Below, piece after piece: positions 1-8,190 of a DNA stretch of 44,224 bases. Position 1 is the stretch's first letter. The number at the start of each line of letters is the position of its first letter. The translations under genes were made by a program, and so were the position numbers. The stretch spans positions 1-44,224 of the forward strand of contig JAILIQ010000054.1 of NCBI GenBank assembly GCA_024695205.1. Direction: 5' to 3'. A model generated the notes under the pieces. That model saw nothing but the letters and a program-made list of their open reading frames with translations. It was not told where the DNA came from and searched no databases. This stretch comes from Lachnospiraceae bacterium (GTDB taxonomy: Bacteria > Bacillota > Clostridia > Lachnospirales > Lachnospiraceae).

Positions 1-1
1 G

Positions 2-838
2 CTTAAGCTGACAGGCGATGAGAAGCATCTGATGCAGATCCTCAGCCATATCATTTCAAATGCGATCAAGTATACCAAAACAGGCGGTATAACCCTTGAT
101 GTGAGCATGAAGATCCCGCAGGACGATCAGGTAACGATGATCTTTTCGGTTAAGGATACCGGTATCGGAATTGATTCGGGCGATATACAATATCTGTTTG
201 ACGCGTTTGAACGCCTGAATGAGAGAGAAAATGCCTCGATACAGGGAACCGGTCTGGGGCTTGCGATCACAAAAGAGCTGGTTGAACTGATGGGCGGAAC
301 GATCGATGTTGAAAGTGAACTCGGAAAGGGAAGCACATTTACCGTATCGATCACGCAGAAGATCGCCGATCCTTCTCCGGCAGGACCGTTCAACAAAGAG
401 GTCACAAGAGAACACGAGATCTACAGGGAAAGCTTTACTGCTCCCGAGGCCGAAATACTTATAGTTGATGATGTAGCAGTCAATATCATAGTCATCTGTG
501 AGCTCCTGCGAGAGACCGCGATAAAGATAGATAAGGCTGCCAGCGGGGATGAAGCGATCGCCATGTGCCGCGCCAAAAAGTACGACCTTATCCTGCTTGA
601 CCATAGGATGCCCAAGAAGGACGGCATCGAAACCTACAAGGAGCTTCGCGCGGATACTCCGGCCGGCATGAATACCGATACTCCGGTCATCATGCTCACC
701 GCCAATGCAATGCACGGTGTCGACGCGGAATACAGAAGGCTCGGATTTGCCGATTATCTGACTAAACCCGTTGACAGTGAGGAGCTTGAAGGGTCGCTGA
801 TCAGGCTGCTTCCCAAAGAAAAAGTCATCTTAAATTAA
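2..838 (+). CDS. Hybrid sensor histidine kinase / response regulator, C-terminal part (5' end outside the window)
   Basis: The frame is open from nt 2 (LKLTGDEKHLMQILSHIISNAIKYT, an N-box of HATPase_c). G1 DTGIGI and G2 GTGLGL follow, then a receiver domain (ILIVDD, LILLDHRMPKKDG, LTKP). Stop TAA at 836-838. Confidence 0.9.
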   Translation, partial: LKLTGDEKHLMQILSHIISNAIKYTKTGGITLDVSMKIPQDDQVTMIFSVKDTGIGIDSGDIQYLFDAFERLNERENASIQGTGLGLAITKELVELMGGTIDVESELGKGSTFTVSITQKIADPSPAGPFNKEVTREHEIYRESFTAPEAEILIVDDVAVNIIVICELLRETAIKIDKAASGDEAIAMCRAKKYDLILLDHRMPKKDGIETYKELRADTPAGMNTDTPVIMLTANAMHGVDAEYRRLGFADYLTKPVDSEELEGSLIRLLPKEKVILN

Positions 839-841
839 AAT

Positions 842-879
842 CAGAAGGGGTGTTGCACTAAAGTGCGGCGCCCCTTCTG
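842..879. terminator. Bidirectional Rho-independent terminator between convergent genes
   Basis: A 9-bp stem CAGAAGGGG / CCCCTTCTG has an inner GCAC/GTGC stem. A U-rich tail is present on the minus-strand transcript (TGATTTTAATT). Confidence 0.7.
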
Positions 880-890
880 AAATTCTTTGA

Positions 891-2291
891 TCACTTGATA
901 TCTATGCCCGAAGCGATCAGTTCTTCTTTGTACATATCGACCTGAGCCTGCATTTCATCATCGGAAATGAGTGTGACACGCCCGTTGTCGTATTCATTGT
1001 CGACCCATGCCTTGATCTTCTCGCATACGGGATGCTTTTTGCTGATCGCCTTGTCGAAGCTCAAATTGTAACGGCGGTTGATCCAGCATGCGATACCGGC
1101 GATGCCTGAAGAATTGTTGACGGAAACTGCAGCAGGGCGTCCGAGTATCTTCTCGGTATCGAAAATGTTGTAGATCTCCTCGTCCTTTAAAAGTCCGTCC
1201 GCATGAATACCGGCACGCGTCAGGTTGAAATTGCGTCCGACAAACGGGGTCATCGGAGGAAGATCGTAACCGGTTTCATTTACTATATAATCGGCCAGCT
1301 CGGTAATGACCTTCGGATCCATTCCGTTGAAATGTCCGCGCAGCGAAGCGTACTCCATTACCATCGCCTCGGTGGGAACATTGCCGGTTCTTTCGCCGAT
1401 GCCGAGCAGTGAGCAGTTTACGGCGCCGCAGCCGTACATCCAGGCGGTTGCCGCATTTACGACACCCTTGTAGAAATCGTTGTGACCGTGCCATTCAAGC
1501 ATTTCGCTCGGGAAGCCCGCATAATGCCTGAAACCGTATACCATACCGGCGATCGAACGGGGAAGCGAAACTCCCACATAAGGAATGCCGTAGCCCATCG
1601 TATCGCAGATCCTGAGCTTGATCGGAACACCGCTCTCTTCGGAAAGACGGGCAAGCGCCGTTGTAAACGGAATAACGAAGCCGTAGAAATCGGCTCTGGT
1701 GATATCCTCAAGATGGCAGCGCGGACGAAGACCTGCTTCGATACAGTCCTTTGCGATACCCATGTACTTATCGAGAGCCTGGGCACGTGTAAGTCCCATT
1801 TTGTTGAAGATATGATAATCCGAAGCGCTCATGAGCACGCCGGTTTCCTTTACGCCAAGGTCCTTTACAAGTTCGAAATCCTTCTTGGAGGCCCTGATCC
1901 AGGTCGTGATCTCGGGGAATTCATATCCGAGCTCCATACACTTCTCAAGCGCGTCCCTGTCTTTCTTGGTATAAACGAAGAATTCGGTCTGACGGATCAT
2001 GCCGTTCGGGCCGCCGAGGCGGTGAAGCTTTTTGTAGATCTCGACCATCTGCGCCGTCGTATAAGGGGTTCTTGACTGCTGTCCGTCGCGGAATGTGGTA
2101 TCCGTGATGAAAATGTCGTCGGGCATGTTGGCCGGAACCTTACGGTAGTTGAACGCTACCTTCGGAACCTCGGTATAGGGGTATATCTCGCGGAAAAGCT
2201 CGGGGTCCTTGACATCCTGCAGCTGGTAGGAATAGGGATCCTGCTCGAGCAGATTGGTATGAGGGTTCAGTAAAAGTGTATTTTTAATCAT
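891..2291 (-). CDS. HMGL-like (DRE-TIM) acyl-CoA:2-oxoacid condensing enzyme: homocitrate / Re-citrate / 2-isopropylmalate synthase family
   Basis: Contains the family signature ITDTTFRDGQQ, plus HGHNDFY and a TIM-barrel-like body. The start is set at ATG 2291 (MIKNTLLLNPH), preceded by GGAAAGGA. The ORF-track extension to 2447 has no RBS and runs into the promoter region. Substrate specificity cannot be read from the sequence alone. Confidence 0.8.
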   Translation of the reverse strand: MIKNTLLLNPHTNLLEQDPYSYQLQDVKDPELFREIYPYTEVPKVAFNYRKVPANMPDDIFITDTTFRDGQQSRTPYTTAQMVEIYKKLHRLGGPNGMIRQTEFFVYTKKDRDALEKCMELGYEFPEITTWIRASKKDFELVKDLGVKETGVLMSASDYHIFNKMGLTRAQALDKYMGIAKDCIEAGLRPRCHLEDITRADFYGFVIPFTTALARLSEESGVPIKLRICDTMGYGIPYVGVSLPRSIAGMVYGFRHYAGFPSEMLEWHGHNDFYKGVVNAATAWMYGCGAVNCSLLGIGERTGNVPTEAMVMEYASLRGHFNGMDPKVITELADYIVNETGYDLPPMTPFVGRNFNLTRAGIHADGLLKDEEIYNIFDTEKILGRPAAVSVNNSSGIAGIACWINRRYNLSFDKAISKKHPVCEKIKAWVDNEYDNGRVTLISDDEMQAQVDMYKEELIASGIDIK

Positions 2292-2366
2292 AATGATCCT
2301 TTCCGAACTTGCTTTTATCACCGGTTCACTTTGCCGATGTAATGTCCTAAAGTAATTGTACCTCAT

Positions 2367-2395
2367 ACAATAATTCAAAAAATCGCTTTTGTCAA
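2367..2395 (-). promoter_or_regulatory. Candidate sigma-A promoter for the synthase gene
   Basis: On the minus strand: TTGACA (2395-2390), a 17-nt spacer, then TATTGT (2372-2367). This would give a leader of about 70 nt. Confidence 0.4.
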
Positions 2396-2449
2396 GCGGA
2401 AGTTGTGGAAGCGGGGCCGGTGTTTCATTCCCGTCTTTGGCTGTCATAC

Positions 2450-2478
2450 TTGCTTTTAACGTAAAAATGACGTATAAT
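2450..2478 (+). promoter_or_regulatory. Candidate sigma-A promoter for the hybrid kinase gene
   Basis: TTGCTT (2450-2455), a 17-nt spacer, then a perfect TATAAT (2473-2478), about 70 nt upstream of ATG 2547. Confidence 0.45.
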
Positions 2479-2546
2479 TAAACTACTTATATCCTGTTTT
2501 TCCTAAAGCATCATTAAAACACAGATTGTAATAATGGGGACAGCTT

Positions 2547-4466
2547 ATGAAATATCTGACTTATTCCGAGGCGACCGTTTATCTTTCGGTAACCTTAACG
2601 GCGATGATATTCAATATACTGCTCTGTATCCTGCTTAAGATACTCGGAAGCGATGAGGACAGAAAGAGCGGTGGTTTCCGGAGACTGGCGACCGTAGTCC
2701 TTCTCGGAAGCATCCTGACCTGTGCGGCGGTATATACGCGCAGGGTCATAAATCCCGCGATCCCGCGGTATGTCGGTCTGCTTATGCATTTGTGCTCGAT
2801 CGGTGCAAATATACTGCTGACATATTATTTCGCCGGGTATGTAGAAAGCTTTTTCGGTACGAGCGGCCAAAACGGCGGTCTGCTTGCAAAGATCAATAAA
2901 TATATAGCCCTTGGCGGAGCGTTTTCGGTCATAGTATGCTTCGCGGTCATGCTTCCCGGAGTTGACATGACCGAGGAGAGCATAACTCTCCCGAAGGTCT
3001 ACCATTTTATTGCCGGATACGGCATCGAGATATATTTTCTGCTGTTTGCGCTCGTGTCCTTTGTCAGATTCGGAAAAACGCTTGATAAACGTGCTTTCTG
3101 GACACTTATTGCCGGATTTGCGGTCACGATAGCTGGTATCGTGCTTGAAAAGCTGAGCTTTATAGAGATCACCTGTAATTACCCCGGTGCTGTTCTGGGT
3201 CTGTATCTTTTCTATTTCGGAGCCGAGACAGCCGATTACAAGAAGCTCATCAGGACCATGAACGAGCTCAAGGAAGCCAAGGAGAAGGCAGATGCCGCCA
3301 ATGTTGCCAAGTCTGAATTCCTTGCTAATATGTCCCATGAGATCCGAACCCCGATCAATGCGGTGCTGGGCATGAACGAGATGATAATCCGCGAAAGCTC
3401 GGATCCTGCGATAGTCAGGTATGCACGTGACGTGGAAGGAGCAGGCAAAAACCTCCTTGCGATCATTAACGACATTCTCGATCTGTCCAAGATCGAAGCC
3501 GGCAGAATGGAGCTTCTCGAGGCACCTTACCGGCTGAGCAGCGTCCTTAATGACGTTGTAAATATGATATCCTTCAGGGCAAAAGCCAAGGATCTGGCAT
3601 TTGAAGTACGTGTGCATCGCGGGATCCCGGACAGCCTCTACGGCGATGAGGTCAGGATCAGGAGGATAATAGTAAATGTTTTGAGTAATGCCGTAAAATA
3701 TACGAAAAAAGGCAAGGTGAGCCTGGATGTCAGGGAGGTCCGCAGCGGATCAAAGACCGACCTGGTCATAGAGGTTTCCGATACGGGAATAGGCATCAGG
3801 GAAGAGGATATCGGCAAGCTGTTCAACAGATTTGACAGACTTGATATGATCAGCAACAAGACCGTTGAAGGGACCGGACTGGGCCTTGCGATCACCAAGG
3901 GACTGCTCGATCTGATGGGCGGAAATATCCGTGTAAAGAGTACATACGGCGAGGGCTCGGTATTTACGATAACGATCCCCCAGCGGATCATTGACGACGA
4001 ACCGATCGGCAACTGGCAGGAAAGATACGAAGAAACCCAGCGTGAGAAGGAAAAGCACAAGGAAGAATTCCATGCACCGAATGCACGGATACTTGTGGTC
4101 GATGATACTACGGTCAATCTGATCGTCGTAAAAAGCCTGCTGAAACGGTCCGAAATGACGATCGATACTGCGATCAGCGGTCAGGAAATGCTTGATATGA
4201 CCGGGCAGACAAAATATGATATCATCCTTCTCGACCAGCGCATGCCGCAGATGGACGGTATCGAGGCCCTTCACAGACTCAGGGAAAACACCGGCGGCCC
4301 CAATATCGATACTCCCGTTATCTGTCTGACAGCGGATGCCATCACCGGAGCGCGTGAGCGTTATATCGCGGAAGGCTTCACCGATTACCTGACCAAGCCG
4401 ATAGACGGTACCGAGCTTGAAAGGATGCTCGTCAGCTATCTTCCGAAGGAGAAGGTAACGTTGTAA
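2547..4466 (+). CDS. Hybrid sensor histidine kinase / response regulator with a polytopic N-terminal membrane domain
   Basis: About 6-7 hydrophobic helices in the first 220 aa. H-box SHEIRTPINAV, N-box NAVKYT, G1 DTGIGI and G2 GTGLGL follow, then a receiver domain (ILVVDD, IILLDQRMPQMDG, LTKP). It is a paralogue of the truncated gene at 2-838. Confidence 0.92.
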   Translation: MKYLTYSEATVYLSVTLTAMIFNILLCILLKILGSDEDRKSGGFRRLATVVLLGSILTCAAVYTRRVINPAIPRYVGLLMHLCSIGANILLTYYFAGYVESFFGTSGQNGGLLAKINKYIALGGAFSVIVCFAVMLPGVDMTEESITLPKVYHFIAGYGIEIYFLLFALVSFVRFGKTLDKRAFWTLIAGFAVTIAGIVLEKLSFIEITCNYPGAVLGLYLFYFGAETADYKKLIRTMNELKEAKEKADAANVAKSEFLANMSHEIRTPINAVLGMNEMIIRESSDPAIVRYARDVEGAGKNLLAIINDILDLSKIEAGRMELLEAPYRLSSVLNDVVNMISFRAKAKDLAFEVRVHRGIPDSLYGDEVRIRRIIVNVLSNAVKYTKKGKVSLDVREVRSGSKTDLVIEVSDTGIGIREEDIGKLFNRFDRLDMISNKTVEGTGLGLAITKGLLDLMGGNIRVKSTYGEGSVFTITIPQRIIDDEPIGNWQERYEETQREKEKHKEEFHAPNARILVVDDTTVNLIVVKSLLKRSEMTIDTAISGQEMLDMTGQTKYDIILLDQRMPQMDGIEALHRLRENTGGPNIDTPVICLTADAITGARERYIAEGFTDYLTKPIDGTELERMLVSYLPKEKVTL

Positions 4467-4474
4467 TGAATGTC

Positions 4475-4503
4475 TTGCATTTATACGACTGATGCGATAT
4501 CAT
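4475..4503 (+). promoter_or_regulatory. Candidate sigma-A promoter for pssA
   Basis: TTGCAT (4475-4480), a 17-nt spacer, then TATCAT (4498-4503). Confidence 0.35.
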
Positions 4504-4550
4504 TATAAAAGATGTGCTAATTTCTTTATCATTAAGGAGAAATTTCGAAA

Positions 4551-5243
4551 ATGATCGGCTTCTACAATTATACAATGTTGTTGACATATATGTCTCTTGT
4601 ATCTGCAAGCCTTGGCATCATGATCTCGTTAAGCGGCGGCGGACATCCGTTTCTGGGATGTTTCTTCCTGCTGTTTTCGGGTTTTTGTGACGCTTTTGAC
4701 GGCAAAGTGGCAAGGACCAAGAAAAACCGTACGGCTATGGAAAAGGAATTCGGAATACAGATCGATTCACTGTCAGATCTTGTCGCTTTCGGAGTGCTTC
4801 CCGCCTGTATAGGCGTCGCAATGATGAGAACTTCGCATTATTTTGAGAAGCTTTTCGACGGCAGCGATATCTCGATGGCGAGCAGGATCCTGAAAGTGAT
4901 CTGCTATACGGTGCTTGTGCTGTATGTGCTTGCCGCGCTGATACGTCTTGCGTATTACAATGTTACCGAACAGGAAAGACAGCAGACCGAAACAGGTGAC
5001 AGAAAGCATTTTGTCGGGCTTCCCGTTACGGCTTCGGCACTTATCTTCCCGTTCATCATGCTGTTCCATTATATCCTACCTGCCGATGTCACACCTATTT
5101 ATATGGTTGCGGTGCTTGTCACGGGATTCCTGTTCGTATTCAGGTTCAGGGTGCCGAAATTCGGTCTGAAGGGTGTTCTGGCCATGGTTGGTATAGGTAT
5201 TGTGGAGTTCATATTACTGGTCATCTGGAAGAGCCTGCATTAA
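4551..5243 (+). CDS. pssA: CDP-diacylglycerol--serine O-phosphatidyltransferase (CDP-alcohol phosphatidyltransferase family)
   Basis: Carries the motif D-x2-DG-x2-AR ... G-x3-D-x3-D (CDAFDGKVARTKK...GIQIDSLSDLV). It is a polytopic membrane protein with an AAGGAG RBS, and it sits next to psd. Confidence 0.85.
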   Translation: MIGFYNYTMLLTYMSLVSASLGIMISLSGGGHPFLGCFFLLFSGFCDAFDGKVARTKKNRTAMEKEFGIQIDSLSDLVAFGVLPACIGVAMMRTSHYFEKLFDGSDISMASRILKVICYTVLVLYVLAALIRLAYYNVTEQERQQTETGDRKHFVGLPVTASALIFPFIMLFHYILPADVTPIYMVAVLVTGFLFVFRFRVPKFGLKGVLAMVGIGIVEFILLVIWKSLH

Positions 5244-5286
5244 AGGTTCCCGGCTGACCGGAATAATCATAGGATACAAAATAAAA

Positions 5287-5339
5287 GCCCGGCCGCTCTT
5301 GTATACCAGGATATTTACAAGGGCGGGCGGGTACATTTT
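5287..5339 (+). terminator. Long imperfect hairpin followed by a T-run after pssA
   Basis: GCCCGGCCGCTCTTGTA (5287-5303) pairs, with a few mismatches, to TACAAGGGCGGGCGGGT (5316-5332). ACATTTTCC follows. Confidence 0.4.
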
Positions 5340-5452
5340 CCGGCAGATACAGTGATGCTGTAAGTTCATATCCGCCGGTATCATAGCCAAAAGCATTCGG
5401 CAAAGCGCAGAAGATGTGAGGTGTTAAGATTAACGACTGAAGAGGTCAAATT

Positions 5453-6277
5453 ATGAAAAAAGACAGTCTTGCTCTGAGATTTTTATATAATACCGTCCCG
5501 GGAAGGGTTCTTCTGAAGATCATGGCCGGCAGGGGTATATCCGTTCTGTGCGGCAGATTTATGGATTCGCCTGTTTCGTGCTGTCTGATCCCCGGATTTA
5601 TCAAAAAGAACCATATAAACATGGATGACTACGAAAGCGCCGAATTTCATTCGTTCAATGAGTTCTTCTACAGGCAGATCAGGAAAGAACGGCGTCCTTT
5701 TTCATCCGATCCCCTCGATCTGACGGCTCCGTGCGACGGACTGCTCAGCGCATACCGCATCAGCGGTGATACGGTGATACCGGTCAAGCAAAGCCTCTAT
5801 ACGATCCCCGAACTGCTTGGCAACGATCCCGCCGCATATTCGTATAATGACGGAATATGCCTGGTATTCAGGCTCTGTGTCGATAATTACCATCGTTACT
5901 GCTATCTCGATGACGGCATAAAGGGCGGAAACTTTTTTATCCCGGGAGAACTGCACACGGTAAGGCCTATAGCACTTGCAGCGCTTCCCGTATTTACACG
6001 CAACTGCCGTGAGTATACGGTTATGGAGACAGCACATTTCGGAAAAGTAACACAGATCGAGGTCGGCGCGATGCTGGTCGGCAAGATCGTCAACAATATG
6101 GGTGCCGGAGAGTTTAAAAAAGGCGAAGAAAAGGGCCGCTTCGAATACGGAGGAAGCACTGTCGTGCTCCTGCTTGAAAAAGACCGTGTGAAGCTGCCGG
6201 AGAGGTTATTTGACAACACCCGCAGGGGAATAGAGACTCGTGTGAAAATGGGACAGAAAATAGGACGCAGAGTCTGA
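5453..6277 (+). CDS. psd: Phosphatidylserine decarboxylase proenzyme
   Basis: The self-cleavage motif GGS-T (FEYGGSTVVLL) lies near the C-terminus. Length, RBS GAAGAGG and the pssA neighbourhood all fit. Confidence 0.88.
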   Translation: MKKDSLALRFLYNTVPGRVLLKIMAGRGISVLCGRFMDSPVSCCLIPGFIKKNHINMDDYESAEFHSFNEFFYRQIRKERRPFSSDPLDLTAPCDGLLSAYRISGDTVIPVKQSLYTIPELLGNDPAAYSYNDGICLVFRLCVDNYHRYCYLDDGIKGGNFFIPGELHTVRPIALAALPVFTRNCREYTVMETAHFGKVTQIEVGAMLVGKIVNNMGAGEFKKGEEKGRFEYGGSTVVLLLEKDRVKLPERLFDNTRRGIETRVKMGQKIGRRV

Positions 6278-6293
6278 AAAAGCGGTAAAAGCA

Positions 6294-7550
6294 ATGGATA
6301 CGATAATAAAAAAGATCGATACGGAAAAAATGTCTTCCGCTGATTTTGCGGAAGCGGCCCGGATATTAAGATCCGGCGGGCTGGTCGCATTTCCGACGGA
6401 AACGGTGTATGGGCTCGGCGGCGATGCAACAAATCCCGAAGCATCGGCCAGGATCTACGCCGCCAAGGGAAGACCTTCGGACAATCCGCTGATCGTTCAT
6501 ATCGCGGATGTGGAGGATCTGTGGAAGATATGCGGCATGGAAGCAGAGGAAGCCGCCGGCAGTGCGGAAGGCAGGGAAGATCGTTCGGTGGAAGAACGAA
6601 GCAGCAGTGATCGGGATGTTCCGGACGATGGCAGCAGCGATGATGATCATGCGACTTTGGACAGTTGCAATGACCGGGTAGTTTTGGACACTGGCAGCAG
6701 CGAAGATCGGGATGTTTCGAACAGTGGCAGTAAACGGCATATTATGGAAATGGCAAGGGCACTTGCCGAGCGTTTCTGGCCGGGTCCCCTGACCATGATA
6801 CTTCCGAGAGGTGAGATGATCCCAAGACAGACAACAGGCGGCCTGGATACGGTTGCTGTCAGATTTCCGTCACATCCTGTGGCGCAGGAGCTGATACGGG
6901 CAGCAGGGATACCGATCGCCGCTCCCTCGGCCAATCTGTCGGGAAGACCGAGTACCACGAAAGCGGAGCATGTGATCGAGGATCTGAACGGAAGAGTGGA
7001 TATGATCATTGACGGCGGTTCTTCCGAGATCGGACTTGAGTCTACGATCGTGGATCTGACCTGTGATCCCGCGCTCATACTCAGGCCCGGCTTCATTTCC
7101 ATAGAGGAATTACGTGAGATCCTGCCGGATATCGGGTATGATAAGGCGATCATTTCAAGGACCTTTGATCCGAATATCAGACCCAAAGCTCCGGGTATGA
7201 AATACAGGCATTACGCTCCGAAGGGAGACCTGACCATTTTTGAAGGAAAACCGGAAGCCGTTGTCAAAGCGATCAATGACGCGCTGCGGAGCCGGAAGGA
7301 AGAAGGACACAGCGTCGGAGTCATGGCCAGCAGCGAATTTGCCGGGAGTTACGAGTGTGGTAATATAAAGGTGCTCGGATCAAGAAGCCATGAGGATGAG
7401 ATCGCGTCGCATCTGTTCGATGTCCTCAGACAGTTCGACGCGGACGGGACAGAGTATATCTTCGGAGAATGTTTTACGGACGGCAGCCTCGGTGCTGCGA
7501 TAATGAACCGGCTGATCAAGGCCGCGGGTTACCATATCGAGAAAGTATAA
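6294..7550 (+). CDS. tsaC: L-threonylcarbamoyladenylate synthase (Sua5/YwlC type) carrying a 68-aa low-complexity insertion
   Basis: YrdC-domain motifs are present: LVAFPTETVYGLGGDA, RPSDNPLIVHI, FWPGPLTMILP and APSANLSGRPSTT. A Sua5 C-terminal domain follows (PGMKYRHYAP). The insertion spans nt 6537-6740. Confidence 0.88.
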   Translation: MDTIIKKIDTEKMSSADFAEAARILRSGGLVAFPTETVYGLGGDATNPEASARIYAAKGRPSDNPLIVHIADVEDLWKICGMEAEEAAGSAEGREDRSVEERSSSDRDVPDDGSSDDDHATLDSCNDRVVLDTGSSEDRDVSNSGSKRHIMEMARALAERFWPGPLTMILPRGEMIPRQTTGGLDTVAVRFPSHPVAQELIRAAGIPIAAPSANLSGRPSTTKAEHVIEDLNGRVDMIIDGGSSEIGLESTIVDLTCDPALILRPGFISIEELREILPDIGYDKAIISRTFDPNIRPKAPGMKYRHYAPKGDLTIFEGKPEAVVKAINDALRSRKEEGHSVGVMASSEFAGSYECGNIKVLGSRSHEDEIASHLFDVLRQFDADGTEYIFGECFTDGSLGAAIMNRLIKAAGYHIEKV

Positions 7551-7570
7551 GATCAGGGAGGTTTAAGAAT

Positions 7571-7996
7571 ATGATAGCATTAGGAAGCGACCATGCGGGA
7601 TATGCTTTAAAGCAGGCTGTTATGGAGCATTTGAAGGCAAGAGGGGAAGAGTTTAAGGATTACGGGACATACAGCGAAGAAAGCTGCGATTATCCCGATT
7701 TTGCGGAAGCCGTAAGTCAGGCGATCATCGGCGGGGAAGCCGACAGAGGCATCCTGATCTGCGGAACGGGGATAGGCATATCCATCGCCGCGAACCGTCA
7801 TAAGGAGATAAGGGCTGCGGTATGCGGGGACTGCTTCAGCGCCGAGGCCACACGTCTTCACAATGATGCAAATGTGCTCGCCATGGGTGCGCGTGTTGTC
7901 GGGGAAGGACTTGCGCTCAAGATCGTTGATACCTTCCTTGATACCGGCTTTTCAAACGGCGCCAACCATGTGCGCAGGATCGGAAAGATGTCATGA
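7571..7996 (+). CDS. rpiB: Ribose-5-phosphate isomerase B (RpiB/LacAB family)
   Basis: MIALGSDHAGYALK, GILICGTGIGISIAANR and RLHNDANVLAMGARV. The start is taken at ATG 7571, after AGGGAGG. The longer ORF-track start at 7469 overlaps tsaC. Confidence 0.9.
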   Translation: MIALGSDHAGYALKQAVMEHLKARGEEFKDYGTYSEESCDYPDFAEAVSQAIIGGEADRGILICGTGIGISIAANRHKEIRAAVCGDCFSAEATRLHNDANVLAMGARVVGEGLALKIVDTFLDTGFSNGANHVRRIGKMS

Positions 7997-8021
7997 CAGT
8001 AATACACAGACCGTGAATGAC

Positions 8022-8134
8022 GGCATAGCCATACAGTCCGGGCTGTGAAAGCCGGCCGGTCATAAAGAGCAGGCCGGAAAGCCGGCTGGCCATAAAGCGC
8101 AGTTAAGCCGGATGCGATAGCCATATTGTACAGT
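8022..8134. repeat. GC-rich imperfect direct-repeat element in the rpiB / esterase intergenic region
   Basis: GAAAGCCGG(C/T)(C/T)GG(T/C)CATAAAG(A/C)GCAG occurs at 8047-8072 and 8077-8102 (30-nt period), with a partial third copy (TAAGCCGG at 8104-8111). The element is flanked by ATAGCCATAC..ACAGT-type direct copies at 8025-8037 and 8117-8134. Several GCCGG-based hairpins are possible. Confidence 0.5.
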
Positions 8135-8190
8135 TAAGGAAGAGTATCACAGGATGTTATGTGATCAAACAGGATTTTGGAGGTTTTCTG

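Noticed and set aside
2292-2447. N-terminal extension of the synthase ORF (MTAKDGNETPAPLP...).
   Set aside because: A good RBS/ATG sits at 2291 (MIKNTLLLNPH). The extension overlaps a TTGACA-17-TATTGT promoter-like sequence and has no Shine-Dalgarno.
8161-8190. The GTG start proposed by the ORF track for the CE12 esterase, and likewise GTG 20070 for the NHL protein and TTG 39138 for the YetA-like gene.
   Set aside because: Downstream starts (ATG 8191, GTG 20088, ATG 39144) have better-placed GGAGG, GGGAGG or purine-rich RBSs. The upstream codons have none or overlap the preceding stop.
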